A stretch of DNA of 64,000 bases. It comes from Rebecca billardiae RCC1528 (Eukaryota; Protista; Haptophyta). The translations under genes were made by a program, and so were the position numbers. Location: positions 2,480,001-2,544,000 of the forward strand of contig OZ251228.1 in the NCBI GenBank assembly GCA_965240325.2. The letters are read 5' to 3'. The notes below the pieces were generated by a model that saw only the letters and a program-made list of their open reading frames with translations, made no database searches and was not told the DNA's origin. This document shows, piece by piece, positions 11,000 through 21,200 of this stretch (the stretch's first letter is position 1; each line of letters opens with the position of its first letter).

Positions 11000-11710
11000 G
11001 TCGGGACGGCGGGAGGCGGAGGAGCGCAGCTGGTTGTCCGTGCGGCTGCTCGGCGCCAAGCGTGGCCCGTCGGCTGGGTTTGGTAGTCGGGCGGCGGTCC
11101 GGTCGGCGGTCGGGCAGGGCGAGGTGCGCCGTGCGGTCGGGCGGGAAAGCGGACGGCTGCTGGGCGAAACTCGCTCCTGTTCGCCAAAGCCGGTCACTGC
11201 CCGTCAACTCCCGGCGCGCGCTCACTTTTCTGCGGTCCGCGCCAAAAGCGAGCTGCCACACGCTCGGAACGCTGTCCGGGGGCGCGCTGCGAGCTCCGAG
11301 CTCCGAGCCCGTCCGGGCGGGGGTGCGGTCGGAGGGGCGCTGGAGGAGGGTATCGGGCGGCGGCGAAGCGGCGCCGGCAGTCATAACGCGATAACCGCCG
11401 CAGACTGCCAAACCCGCCACTCCCGTCGCGTCGGCCATCGCCCCGAATCGGCCCCTCGCTCAGAGCGCTCTGAGCGAGGGGGCCGATTCAGAGCGTCTGA
11501 CTGTAAGTTCCCCGGCAGTAGTTGCACAGTAGTACTGCGGAGCGCACTATCGCAGTCACAGATATGATACACCTGAGAGTACCTTATAGGAGTAACGTCA
11601 TGTTACGTTTCCGTCGAGAGTCCCGCCCACCGTTGGCGCGGGTCACGATCGATCGAACGGACCACCGGTCTCCCGTCCCGCCTGGCATCCGCACACCTCC
11701 ACCCGAGACG

Positions 11711-12337
11711 ATGCGCGCCTCAACTCCGGCCAGCGCCTGCCGCATCGTATGCCTCGTATTATATCTCCTTCAGAGTGGGGTCGGCAGGGATGTCACATCT
11801 CCACTCCACCTGGAAGATGACAAGCCTCCAGCAATGTCGACTGCGACCGACTCGCACGAGTGCACCGCGACCTCGCAGCCGCACTCCAACGACCATGGCC
11901 AACATCCCAAGGATCGACAAGCCTATGGCCATGGGACAGTGGACAACGGTAAGTACCTACTAGTACTATCGTTGTACGATGATCGACAAGGCAATGACGC
12001 TGAGACGGAGGACAACGGCAATGACCTACTAACGTTGTACGAGCGCGGGTTCCCTCGCGCTTGGGAGGCGCTTCAACAGCATACGCCTCGTCTTGTGAAA
12101 GATTTTGAGTTCTCATCCACGGCCGAGATTCCATGCAACGTGGCCTTCTGCCAACGCCTCGAATCGTCCCTGAAAAGAAAGCACCTTGCCCAGCAAGTGC
12201 GACGACGCACACTGCACTTCCTGAGTATCCTCGAGCGCACAGTCGTCCATTTCGTCTGGGCGTTCATCACGGGGTTTGGCGTCAGAATGCATGCCGTGCT
12301 CACACTCTCACTGCGTTTCCAGTGGCAGCAGGGTTGA
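11711..12337 (+). CDS. Hypothetical protein (possibly transposon-derived)
   Basis: Open frame in lower-GC sequence, followed by (CTA)n and (AG)n. No motif recognised. Confidence 0.25.
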   Translation: MRASTPASACRIVCLVLYLLQSGVGRDVTSPLHLEDDKPPAMSTATDSHECTATSQPHSNDHGQHPKDRQAYGHGTVDNGKYLLVLSLYDDRQGNDAETEDNGNDLLTLYERGFPRAWEALQQHTPRLVKDFEFSSTAEIPCNVAFCQRLESSLKRKHLAQQVRRRTLHFLSILERTVVHFVWAFITGFGVRMHAVLTLSLRFQWQQG

Positions 12338-12392
12338 GGCGCGGGAGACCTGCTCACGTCGTCAAGCGGCTGAGATGGTACTACTACTACTA

Positions 12393-12394
<2 letters not shown>

Positions 12395-12442
<48 letters not shown>
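12395..12442. repeat. (AG)n microsatellite
   Basis: Directly visible. Confidence 0.95.
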
Positions 12443-12445
<3 letters not shown>

Positions 12446-12636
12446 CTAGCTAGTTCTACTACTAGTTAGTTACAAACTGATGTTGACTGATGTACAGTAG
12501 TTACAACGACGGACTGCAGCCAGCATAGTACTGACGCGACACGCGCCGTGTAGGCTGATGTAACTAGCATAACTACCCGACGGCCGCGGACCGTAGGCTC
12601 CGCCCGCGCAGGCTTGTTACCGCCTAACCTATATGA

Positions 12637-12692
12637 TCGGCTACGCCGATCTTCGGGTAGTGAACAACGAAGTTGAGGGCGCACGGCCCTAG
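12637..12692 (+). mobile_element. 56-bp dispersed repeat with Helitron-like ends, copy 1
   Basis: TCGGCTACGCCGA...GAGGGCGCACGGCCCTAG. The second copy at 25349-25404 differs at 2 positions. Confidence 0.5.
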
Positions 12693-14990
12693 TGGCTAGT
12701 CACCATCACGCAGCTAGTGAGCTTGTGAATGTGAGCAGCAGCCGCGGCTTGTGACGACACGGTCGGACGGTCGGACGGTGCCGGTGCGGCGGGGGCAGCG
12801 GCGGCGCGACGGCGTCGGCGGTGGCGCGCTCGTACAGCGTCTGCAGCACGTGCGCAGCGTGACTGCGTGTGCAGCAGCGCGCCGCTCAGCTCCCGCCGCT
12901 CCACGCCGCCGCAGCGGCGCGCGCGGCGCGCGCCCGCCTCGGCCGCGGCCGCGCCCGCCACCATCCGTCGCGCCGCCGCCAGCTGCTGCGCGGACCCGTT
13001 GCACGCGTGAGCGCCGAAAAAACGACACTTTGGCAGTGATAGTCATCACCGTCGCCGCATCGTGGGCATGCCGCTGCCGCCGCCGGCGGCGGCAGCGGGA
13101 GCGTAGCAGCAGATCTACCACCTTCCGCGTTACGCGCTGCGTCGTGCGCGCCAGGTGGCAGGTTTCCCAGGTCCGCCGCGCGGAAGGCAGCGTGAGCGGT
13201 CGGCGAGCGCACGGAGGTGAGAAGTAAGCGCGCATCGTGAGAGCTTCAGCAGCTTGCCCACGCGCTTCACGAAGGCGGTGCGGTTGCGTGCGCACGCCTT
13301 CTGTACCCGTACACGCGATCAAAGCGTGAGCCACTCCCTAGGTCTTGCCTGCGCATCGCGGGCCGCGCCTCGTCTCCTGAATCCTCGTTTACGAGGACAG
13401 CACGTGTATCTGTGTACGCGCTCGCGGCCGATGGCGGCTCCCCGCGTCGAGAGCCGTTTGGCTGGAGCCGCATCCAAGGGCATATATCGTCACGGCCCCA
13501 CCCGATGCTGACGCTGAGGTGGCGTGCTTGCCGAAGGTAGCCGCATTGGCTGATCTCTCTGCCTTTGGGCAACCCTTTGCAACCGCGCCGGCTCACGCTG
13601 CCAGCGCGCGCGCGGCGTGGCTTCGTGGTGGACACCTGCCCTGGGTTTTGTCGTTCGTTCTCAGCGACGGTTGGGTCGATTGACATGCGGATTGGATTGG
13701 TGCATTGCGAATCGGCTTCGCAATGCACCATTGCGCTCGGATCGGCGCGGACGTCAGCCATGCGGCAGCGCGAGCGACAAAACCGCGAGATTTCATACGC
13801 TTGTCGTTTTTTCATACGCTCACGGTTACTCACCCGTGCAACGGGTCTGCGCCGTCGGTGACGGCGGCGGGTCGAGTGCAGAGGAGGTGGATGAGCCAGT
13901 GCAGCTCGGACTGCGTGACGTCCACGTCCACCACCGCGTCCTCCTTCGCCACCGCCATCTCCTCCGCCCGCCCCGCCCCCCAGCGGCGGTCCCACCACTT
14001 AGTAGGCGGCGACCGCGGCCCGGCGCACGCCGCCGTGACGCCGCGGGCGCCCGGCGAGCGCTCGGATGACGAACCGGCTGGGCGGCAGCGTGGGCGGCGA
14101 GGCGACGCGCTCTCCGCCGCTGACGGAGGAGTTGACGGAGGTCGTGCGCGCGAGGTCGGCGGCGGTGTGCGCGGCGGCGCTGGGCGAGTGCGCCAGCCTC
14201 TCGGGCAGCACATGCGCCACATGCCCCGCCGCGCGCCCGCCGCCGCCCAGGCTCCCGCGCTCGGCCGCGCGCCGCGCCGCCGCGCTGTCCGGATGGCGCA
14301 CCTCCCTCGACTGCGCCGCCACCATCGCCCTCGCTCCCTGCAGTGGCCGCCCCCGCCGCCTGCCGTGACGCGCTCGCCGCGCGCCGTTCGGGCGGCACTC
14401 GCGGGCGGCGGCGTCGGCTGAGAGCCGGCGGCGGTGACGCGCGGGCGGCCGCCGCTGGCGAGGGTGAGGACGGACATGCCGTTCGGCGCGCCTCCCTCGT
14501 CCGTGCCGCCACCACCGCCCTCGCTCCCTTCAGCCGCCGCCCCCGACGCCTCCGCCTGGCCGCTACAAAGGCCGCCGCATCGCACCGGGACTCGCGCCGA
14601 CGTGCGGGCGGCGGTTGGATCGTGACTGTTCGCGACCAGAGAGCCCAGAAGTGACGGTTCGTTAACTCGTACCATAAAACTTTACTACAAGAGGCAGAAT
14701 CAAAGCCGATCGCTGCCCTTTCAAGTTGTCCAGGACACACTCGTTTTCAGAGAGCTGTTAATCCTCGCGGCTCGCAGATAGAGATGTCGAATCCCACCCG
14801 CATTGTAATACGTTGATACTGAAACGTTGTTTTTGAAGTGTGGTTCTCTTCAGAGGAGAAGGATAATAGGAGACGATACTTTACTCTTTGAATTGGAATC
14901 AGCAAACCAAAAGTGTATATCAGCAGGAGAATCACGAACGGCCCACCATAATTATCAGAAAGATGCAGACGCCTTTGTCCTATTCGAGTT

Positions 14991-15207
14991 CGATTTCTTC
15001 TATTACTTACTATCCAAGGATTAAGGAGCAGTACAAACGCAATCATGAGCAGCGATATCGAGTCAAATGCGGATTTCACACCTAAATCCACCTACAAAAA
15101 TCCCCCAAATCCTGCGCGCATCCTCTTTTTTTATTTTGCGGAGCACGTGCGCCGCCCCCCCCCGGCTTTCGCTCACGCTCAGACCTTTCGGGGGGGCCGT
15201 GCGCCAT
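14991..15207. mobile_element. About 220-bp dispersed element end, copy 1
   Basis: Highly similar to 29621-29842. Both end ...GGGGCCGTGCGCCAT. Confidence 0.75.
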
Positions 15208-15502
15208 GATACGCTCTCTCTCTACTCTCTCTCTCTCTGCTCTCACTGCTCTCGTAACTCTCTCTCTACTATAGCAGTACTATATATACTATGCCTGACT
15301 AATCGGTTTGCCTGGCAGCTGGCGCGGTGATTCGTCACATGCTACCAGCAGGCATCACCGCGCGCTGAGTGTATGAGTATTAAGCCTCATATCATCGACG
15401 ATATTATTACTTCATCGCGTGACTGCTAGAGCAGTGAAGAGTCTACGTCATCATAGTAGTACGACGTGAGAAGCGCGTCTGCTGTGATTCTGATGTCAAG
15501 AA

Positions 15503-17689
15503 TTAAGAGGCGGCGCCGGGCTGAAGACCGCCCGCCGCCCGCCGAACGGTCTGCTTGCGGTCCACATCGGTTGCCGGCGGCAGCGTCGTCGCATGGGAGC
15601 GCCACGACGCGCTGCCCATCTCGAGGATGCGCGAGCGCGCGCGGCGGAACGCAAAGCGCTCGTCCGCGCCCGTGAACGTTGCGTCGTGCACGAGCCGCTT
15701 GCGCGAGTCCGCGGAGACGACCGCCGCCGCGGGCTGCACGTCCAGCGGCGCGTTCGTGTTGCCGATCAGCGTACCCAGCTCGCCCGACTTGCCGCTCTCC
15801 CCCTCAAACTCGAGCCCCTCGAGCGTCGCCGCGTCCATGCGCGCCGCCGCCGCCGCCGCGTGCGCGCCCGCCTCCCCGCCGGCGTCCATCCCGGTGAAGA
15901 GCGCCTCGAGCGGCGCCTCCGCCTGCACGAGCAGCGCCGCGCGCGCGTTGTACAGCTGGTCGACGAGCGTGATGAAGCGGCGCGCGCGGTCGCGCGTCTC
16001 CGCGCTCATGCGCGGCACGCCCTCGACGCACACGGTGTGGAAGTGCGACGCGATCGCCACAAAGTCGGCCGCGCCGAGCGGCCGGTCGCACAGCTCGTCG
16101 AAGCGGAACCAGGCGGCGCCCGCGCGCTGCCGCGGCACGCGGAGCGTGCGGCCGAAGACGACGGGGATGGCGGCCTCGCGCGCGGCGTCGAGGGGCACGC
16201 CGGCGGCGAGCTCGAACGCGCGCGCGAGCTCGCGGTGCGTGTCCTCGCACAGCGGGTGCAGGTACGAACGCACGGCGGGCGCGGCGCTCGGCGGCGCGCG
16301 CGTCGACCCGTCGGTGCGCGCAGCCGGCGCGCCCGCGGCCGGCGCGTCTGGCGCGCTGCCGAGGTGCTCGCCCGGCTGCGCGTCGCGCGCGGGCTCCTCC
16401 GCGCCCCCGGCGGCAGCAGACGCGGCGAGCCACGCGCGGTAGTCCCCGTTGGTGCCGCGCAGGTGCACGGGCTCGCACGCGCGCGCCAGCACCTCCCCGA
16501 ACGCCGCCTGCGGGTGGCGGCGGTGCTGCGAGCTCCCGCGCAGCTCGTCGAGCGAGCGGTTGCACGTGGCGACGATGACCCAGCCCGCCGCGACGAGCCT
16601 GTCCAGCACGCCGCACACCACCGTCGCGTCCGCCACGTCCATCATCTGCAGCTCGTCGAAGCAGAGCAGCCCGGCCGACAGCGGCGTGCCGAGGGCCTCG
16701 GGCGCGAGGGGCACGACGCCCGCGGCGCCCGCGCCACTCGCAGGGCCGTCGGCCGGGGGCGCGCGGCCGAGGTTGGCGGCGATCTCGGCAATCACCGTGG
16801 CGGTCGCGTCGTGCTCGAGCGCCGGGCGCGGTCGCTCGCGCAGCAGCTGCTCCACGAGCGCGCCGAGCACGTGCCAGCCGTGGCCGCTCTCGGGCGGGGC
16901 GGCGGCCACGCCCGCGGCCTCGGCCTCGGGGTCGGCCGCCTGGCCCGCGGCGCGCGCGGCCTCGGCCGCGGCGCCGCTTCGGGGCGCGCCGGAGTGGCTG
17001 TGCAGCCGCGCGCTCACCTCGAGCATGAACGCGTTGTAGTGCACCCGGCGCAGGCACGGCACCGAGCCCGCCGCGCGCACGCTCTCGTAGAAGAGGTCCA
17101 TGAGCATGGTCTTGCCCACACCCACGTCTCCGTGCAGAAAGAGCCCGCGGGGCGGCGCGGGCGGCGGGGGCGGGGGCGGGAGCGGAGGGGCGGGGACGGT
17201 GTGCGCGAGCAGCGGCGCGGTCTGCGCCGCGTGCGCCGCGCCCAGGCCCGTCTGCCAGAAGGGGTGGGCCCGCTCGGCCGGCGTGAGGCCAAGTTGATCG
17301 GCCGCGGCCGAGGCGCCATCCGACGGCGCGAGCCAACGGCGCGCGCGCTGCACGAAGTCGGTGGCCATGACCAGCGGGCGGCGCCGGCGGGCAGCCTCGG
17401 CCTCTGCGGCCTGTCGCCGCGCCGCCTCGACCATATCGCGCCAGCGCTCGAGCTCATGCGCGTACGTGCGCAGCCGCGCGCCATGCTCGCGCATCGCGCC
17501 GTGCAGCTCGTCCAGCCGATGCAGCGCCGCACGCTGGCTCTCGTCGGCGAGGAGGCGACCGCCCTGCGCGTCGTACCGCTCGAGCGCTGTCGGTGCGAGC
17601 GAGGCCATGCACCTTGCCGGCTGGACCGGCCCGCGCCGCTGCCGACATGCTCGCGCGAGGAGCGTGCAAGGTGCGCGCGCCGCCATCAT
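15503..17689 (-). CDS. AFG1: AFG1/LACE1/ZapE-family ATPase, probably mitochondrial
   Basis: Walker A GLFLHGDVGVGKTMLMDLFY, Walker B LLCFDELQMMDVADA, plus FDELCDRPLGAADF and RRFITLVDQLY. Arg-rich N-terminus. Confidence 0.9.
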   Translation of the reverse strand: MMAARAPCTLLARACRQRRGPVQPARCMASLAPTALERYDAQGGRLLADESQRAALHRLDELHGAMREHGARLRTYAHELERWRDMVEAARRQAAEAEAARRRRPLVMATDFVQRARRWLAPSDGASAAADQLGLTPAERAHPFWQTGLGAAHAAQTAPLLAHTVPAPPLPPPPPPPAPPRGLFLHGDVGVGKTMLMDLFYESVRAAGSVPCLRRVHYNAFMLEVSARLHSHSGAPRSGAAAEAARAAGQAADPEAEAAGVAAAPPESGHGWHVLGALVEQLLRERPRPALEHDATATVIAEIAANLGRAPPADGPASGAGAAGVVPLAPEALGTPLSAGLLCFDELQMMDVADATVVCGVLDRLVAAGWVIVATCNRSLDELRGSSQHRRHPQAAFGEVLARACEPVHLRGTNGDYRAWLAASAAAGGAEEPARDAQPGEHLGSAPDAPAAGAPAARTDGSTRAPPSAAPAVRSYLHPLCEDTHRELARAFELAAGVPLDAAREAAIPVVFGRTLRVPRQRAGAAWFRFDELCDRPLGAADFVAIASHFHTVCVEGVPRMSAETRDRARRFITLVDQLYNARAALLVQAEAPLEALFTGMDAGGEAGAHAAAAAARMDAATLEGLEFEGESGKSGELGTLIGNTNAPLDVQPAAAVVSADSRKRLVHDATFTGADERFAFRRARSRILEMGSASWRSHATTLPPATDVDRKQTVRRAAGGLQPGAAS

Positions 17690-17821
17690 CGTGACCAGAA
17701 TCTTCCACGCCGTTTCCCGTTTCTCCGATCTACCCGGCCGTACAAGTAGCTACGACAAGTCTTACTTACTGTACTCTGTAGCATCGCGATCCCGGCTTCT
17801 GTACATCCGCGCTGCGAGCTC

Positions 17822-19300
17822 TCACGACTCGCACTCCTCCGCATCCGGGTTCGCCGCGCAGAAGACCGCGGCCACGTCGTACACGATGCGCCGAATGCGC
17901 GCGCTACCCGCGTCGGTGACAAAGACTTGCGCGAGCTGTGCCGCCGGCAGCTCGCCTCCAGCGCCGCCGTCAGGGGCATCAAGCGGTGCCGCGTCGATGC
18001 CGACGGGGCTGCTGAACGTCGCCGCCGGCGCGATCCCGTCGCGATCCCCCGCCACGCCCTGCCCCGCGAGCGTGCGCACAGCGCACCGCTCGTCCGCGCC
18101 GCACGCCGACAGCTCGACGCGGCGGATCAGGTTGTTGCCGCTGTCCGCGACCAGGAGCGCGCGGCCGCCTGGCGCGAGGCACAGCGCACGCGGCGAGTAG
18201 AAGTCGCCGAGGCGGTGGCGGTGCCCGCCAGAGTCGTGCGCGCCGCGCTCGCCCGAGCCCGCCAGCGTGCGCGTCGCGCCGCTCGCCACGTCCACCGCGC
18301 GGATCAGGTGGAAGCCCGTGTCAGCCACGTACGCCGTGCGGCCGTCCGCAGAGAGCGCCACGTCCATGGGCTGCGAGAAGCGCGCGGCGGCGGCGGCGCC
18401 GTCGACGGGCTCCTCGGGTGGCAGCTCGGTGTACGCGCCGGCGAGCGTGCGCACCGCGCCGCCGGGCAGCTCGACGAGCCGGATCGCGTTGTTCTCTGTG
18501 TCCGCCACCACCGCGAATGAGCCGTCGGGCGCGACAGCCACGCCGTTTGGTGAGGAGAATGCGGCGTCGGCCGCGGCGCCGTCGATCTGGTCCCACTCGC
18601 CGCTGCCGATGACGAGGCTGACGTTGCCGCTGTCCAGGTCGACGACGCGCAGCACGTTGGCCAGCGTATCGGCCACGAGCACACTCGAGGCCGGCGTGCC
18701 GATTGGCGCCAGGCCACGCGGCCGCTCGCCGACCGCCGAGCGCAGCGTGCGCACGCGCGCGCCAGCCACAGCCGCGCTCGCGGCGGTGGGCAGCGGCTCG
18801 ACGATGCGCACGGCCGAGTTGGTCTCGTCGGCAACGAGCAGCGCGTGCTGCGCGGGCGAGATCGCGAGGGCCGCGAGCCCCCCGAAGCGCGCCGACAGCG
18901 AGTCGGCAGCGTCCGCGCTCGGTCCCGGACCGTCCCCGCTACCGGCGAGGGTGCTGACGTTGATCGGGAATCCGGGCGGGTGCGGCGGGACGCCCTTGCA
19001 AATGCGAGCCCCGCCGCACTGTATGCGGCAGCACGCACACGCACAGTACGGCCGCTCCCATCCCGTCGGCTCGGCGAAGAAGCGGCCGCACTGGTGCACC
19101 GCGTGGCACCGCATCCCCATGCACAGCGCGCAGCCACTCGCCGACTTCTCGACGGCAGGCGGCATCGGCGGCTCGTCGAGCGCGCGCGTGGGCGCTCGCG
19201 GGAGGCTCCTTGGCAGCGCGCGCAGTAAGAACACCGTGCACGCCGCCGCGAGCAGCAGCCCAGACCCGCATTTGACGGAGCAGCCAACGGCGCGCGACAT
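17822..19300 (-). CDS. NHL-repeat beta-propeller protein with N-terminal hydrophobic anchor and Cys-rich segment
   Basis: Repeated F..P.gvA.s.DG...vADt.N..IR motifs and TLAGSG. Confidence 0.85.
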   Translation of the reverse strand: MSRAVGCSVKCGSGLLLAAACTVFLLRALPRSLPRAPTRALDEPPMPPAVEKSASGCALCMGMRCHAVHQCGRFFAEPTGWERPYCACACCRIQCGGARICKGVPPHPPGFPINVSTLAGSGDGPGPSADAADSLSARFGGLAALAISPAQHALLVADETNSAVRIVEPLPTAASAAVAGARVRTLRSAVGERPRGLAPIGTPASSVLVADTLANVLRVVDLDSGNVSLVIGSGEWDQIDGAAADAAFSSPNGVAVAPDGSFAVVADTENNAIRLVELPGGAVRTLAGAYTELPPEEPVDGAAAAARFSQPMDVALSADGRTAYVADTGFHLIRAVDVASGATRTLAGSGERGAHDSGGHRHRLGDFYSPRALCLAPGGRALLVADSGNNLIRRVELSACGADERCAVRTLAGQGVAGDRDGIAPAATFSSPVGIDAAPLDAPDGGAGGELPAAQLAQVFVTDAGSARIRRIVYDVAAVFCAANPDAEECES

Positions 19301-19509
19301 GCTTGCTCACCCGGCTGCTGATCAAAGGGCTGCCGTCCGTTGCGGTCCGATGCAAGCGCTCGCTTTTTGACGACGAGCAGTTGATGATTTTGCTGCTGAT
19401 GATGAATATTGATGAAGCGAATCCCCGCGCGGCCGTAAATTCTGCCGCCTGCTGGCCCCGCCTGCAGCGCTGGCGGGTCCGTTGGGCGTCACTGTAAACA
19501 GTTTGTCAT

Positions 19510-19541
19510 GGCCGATTCAGACGGTCTGACTGTAAGTTTCC
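19510..19541. repeat. Isolated diverged copy of the outer part of the 11445-11514 TIR
   Basis: GGCCGATTCAGACGGTCTGACTGTAAGTT versus GGCCGATTCAGAGCGTCTGACTGTAAGTT. Confidence 0.55.
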
Positions 19542-19775
19542 TGGCCGGATGGCTGCCCAAAAGGCAATGAGTGAGTCGACGGCATCGCCAGCGGCACGTT
19601 GCCACTCGACACCTCGTCTCGCTTCGCGCGGAACCAACTTGGACTGTGGTGTGCGGCGCTGAGTGTGCGGGAGGACACCCGAAGCACAGGCTGTGCAGCG
19701 CGCGGCGCGTCGCGAGTCGGGAGTGCATCTGAACACACGATGGTGCGTGACGTACCATGGAGCAGACAAGCGATG

Positions 19776-21059
19776 TCAGCCATCGGCTGTGGTGCGACTC
19801 CCGACGTCATCGGCGATGCGCGCGGACATCTGCCACAGAGCAGCCGCCTTGTCGCGCATGGCCACCTCGCCGCTGTGCCAGCGGAGGGCGGCTTCGGTGC
19901 GGCAGAACTCGTCGACGAGCGTGCCCTCGCCCTCGGGCGCGCGCGGCGCTCCGGGCGCGCCGAGCGCGGCGAAGACCACAGGGCGCACGCCGAGCTCGGC
20001 GCCGCGCATCAGCCCGAGGTGCGCGGGCGCCAGCGGCTGCTGCATCATGCGCAGTATGTTGGTCGCTACCCAACCAAGGTCGACCGCGAGCGCGTCCACG
20101 CGCGCGTGCCGGCGGGGCAGCTCGAGTGCGTGGAGCACGTTCGCCAGCTTCGCGTCGAAGTAGGTGTAGTCCGTGCTCGGCGGCCTCGGTCCATCCCGTA
20201 GCGTGCGCGCGTCGAGGCACTCGGGCAGCAGCGCGTCCAGGGGCGCGGCCGGTAGGAGGCGCGCGGGCGCTGCCGAGCGCACCGCGTGCGCGAGCCCGCA
20301 GTAGTGGTGCGTCAGCGATGCGACGTTGACCACGCGCACGGCGGCGAGCTGCGCGACGCGCGACGCGACCCCGTCGGGCGCGAGGAGCAGCTCGGTCAGC
20401 GCCCAGTGCCCCACATGCATCGCGCCCACGCCCGCCTCGAGGCCGTCGGCGGTCGGCGGCGTCCAGCTCGCGGTCGCAAAGCCGGCGTTGTTGATCAGCA
20501 CGAGCGCGCCCGGGATGGCGGGGGGCAGCGCTTCGGCCAGCCGGCCGACGAAGGCGCCGACCGACGCGAGTGAGGCGATGTCGAGCTCGAGCGCGAGCAC
20601 GCGCTGCTGCGCATCCGACGCCGACCTCTCCAGCTCTGCCGCGGCCGAGGTGCAGCGCGCCGTCGATCGGCACGCGATCACGACCGTTGACGTGCCACGC
20701 GCGACGAGGTCGCGCGCGGTGGCGAAGCCAACGCCCGAGTTGCCGCCGGTGACGATGGCCACGCTGCCTGCGGGGAGGCGGACGTCGTCACCCAACGGCG
20801 CCATGTGCACGTGGTCGGCGAAGAGGCCAAAACCGACGCTCGCCAAGATCGCGGCCGGGACAATGCCGATTCGAAGCGCTGCACCGGCGGTCACGGCCAG
20901 GACCCCGATGAATGGCGCGAAGCCAACCTCTCTTCCGACAACGAACGCATCGGGGCCGCGGAACAACACCCAAAAGGCCCCGTAAATCGCGCCCAGAAGC
21001 CAAGTCAGCACGCCCAGAAGCCAAGTCAGGCGCGAGAGCAGCGTCGTCTTCGTCGCCAT
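19776..21059 (-). CDS. Short-chain dehydrogenase/reductase (retinol dehydrogenase/WWOX-like) with N-terminal membrane segments
   Basis: IVTGGNSGVG, LINNAG, VVNVAS and YFDAK (YxxxK). Likely ATG at 21059 (MATKTT). Confidence 0.88.
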   Translation of the reverse strand: MATKTTLLSRLTWLLGVLTWLLGAIYGAFWVLFRGPDAFVVGREVGFAPFIGVLAVTAGAALRIGIVPAAILASVGFGLFADHVHMAPLGDDVRLPAGSVAIVTGGNSGVGFATARDLVARGTSTVVIACRSTARCTSAAAELERSASDAQQRVLALELDIASLASVGAFVGRLAEALPPAIPGALVLINNAGFATASWTPPTADGLEAGVGAMHVGHWALTELLLAPDGVASRVAQLAAVRVVNVASLTHHYCGLAHAVRSAAPARLLPAAPLDALLPECLDARTLRDGPRPPSTDYTYFDAKLANVLHALELPRRHARVDALAVDLGWVATNILRMMQQPLAPAHLGLMRGAELGVRPVVFAALGAPGAPRAPEGEGTLVDEFCRTEAALRWHSGEVAMRDKAAALWQMSARIADDVGSRTTADG

Positions 21060-21200
21060 GCTGATTCCCGCTCTGCCGGCTACTCCGCGCACGCGGCCAC
21101 GCGCGCACCGGATTTTGGGTTTTGACAAGCTCCATCGTCGTCTCGGCGGTCGGCTCCTCGGCGGTCTCGGCTGCGGCGGACGTCGTCGTGAAGTGCGAGG

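Larger units (their letters stand above)
4949..11444 (-). mobile_element. DIRS/Ngaro-type tyrosine-recombinase retrotransposon flanked by 437-bp direct repeats
   Basis: Direct repeats 4949-5385 and 11008-11444 enclose gag, RT-RNase H and a degenerate YR, in that order on the minus strand. Confidence 0.85.
2366..11514. mobile_element. Composite Mutator-like (Pack-MULE-like) unit with 70-bp TIRs and a 9-bp TSD
   Basis: TIRs CGGGGAACTTACAGTCAGACGCTCTGAATCGG... at 2366-2435 and 11445-11514 (inverted). Identical flanking 9-mer GCAGTAGTT at 2357-2365 and 11515-11523. No transposase recognised inside. Confidence 0.85.

Noticed and set aside
4949-11444. Gypsy/Copia LTR retrotransposon
   Set aside because: No protease or DDE integrase and no TG...CA ends. 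The RT/RNase H motifs and YR remnant indicate the DIRS/Ngaro class.
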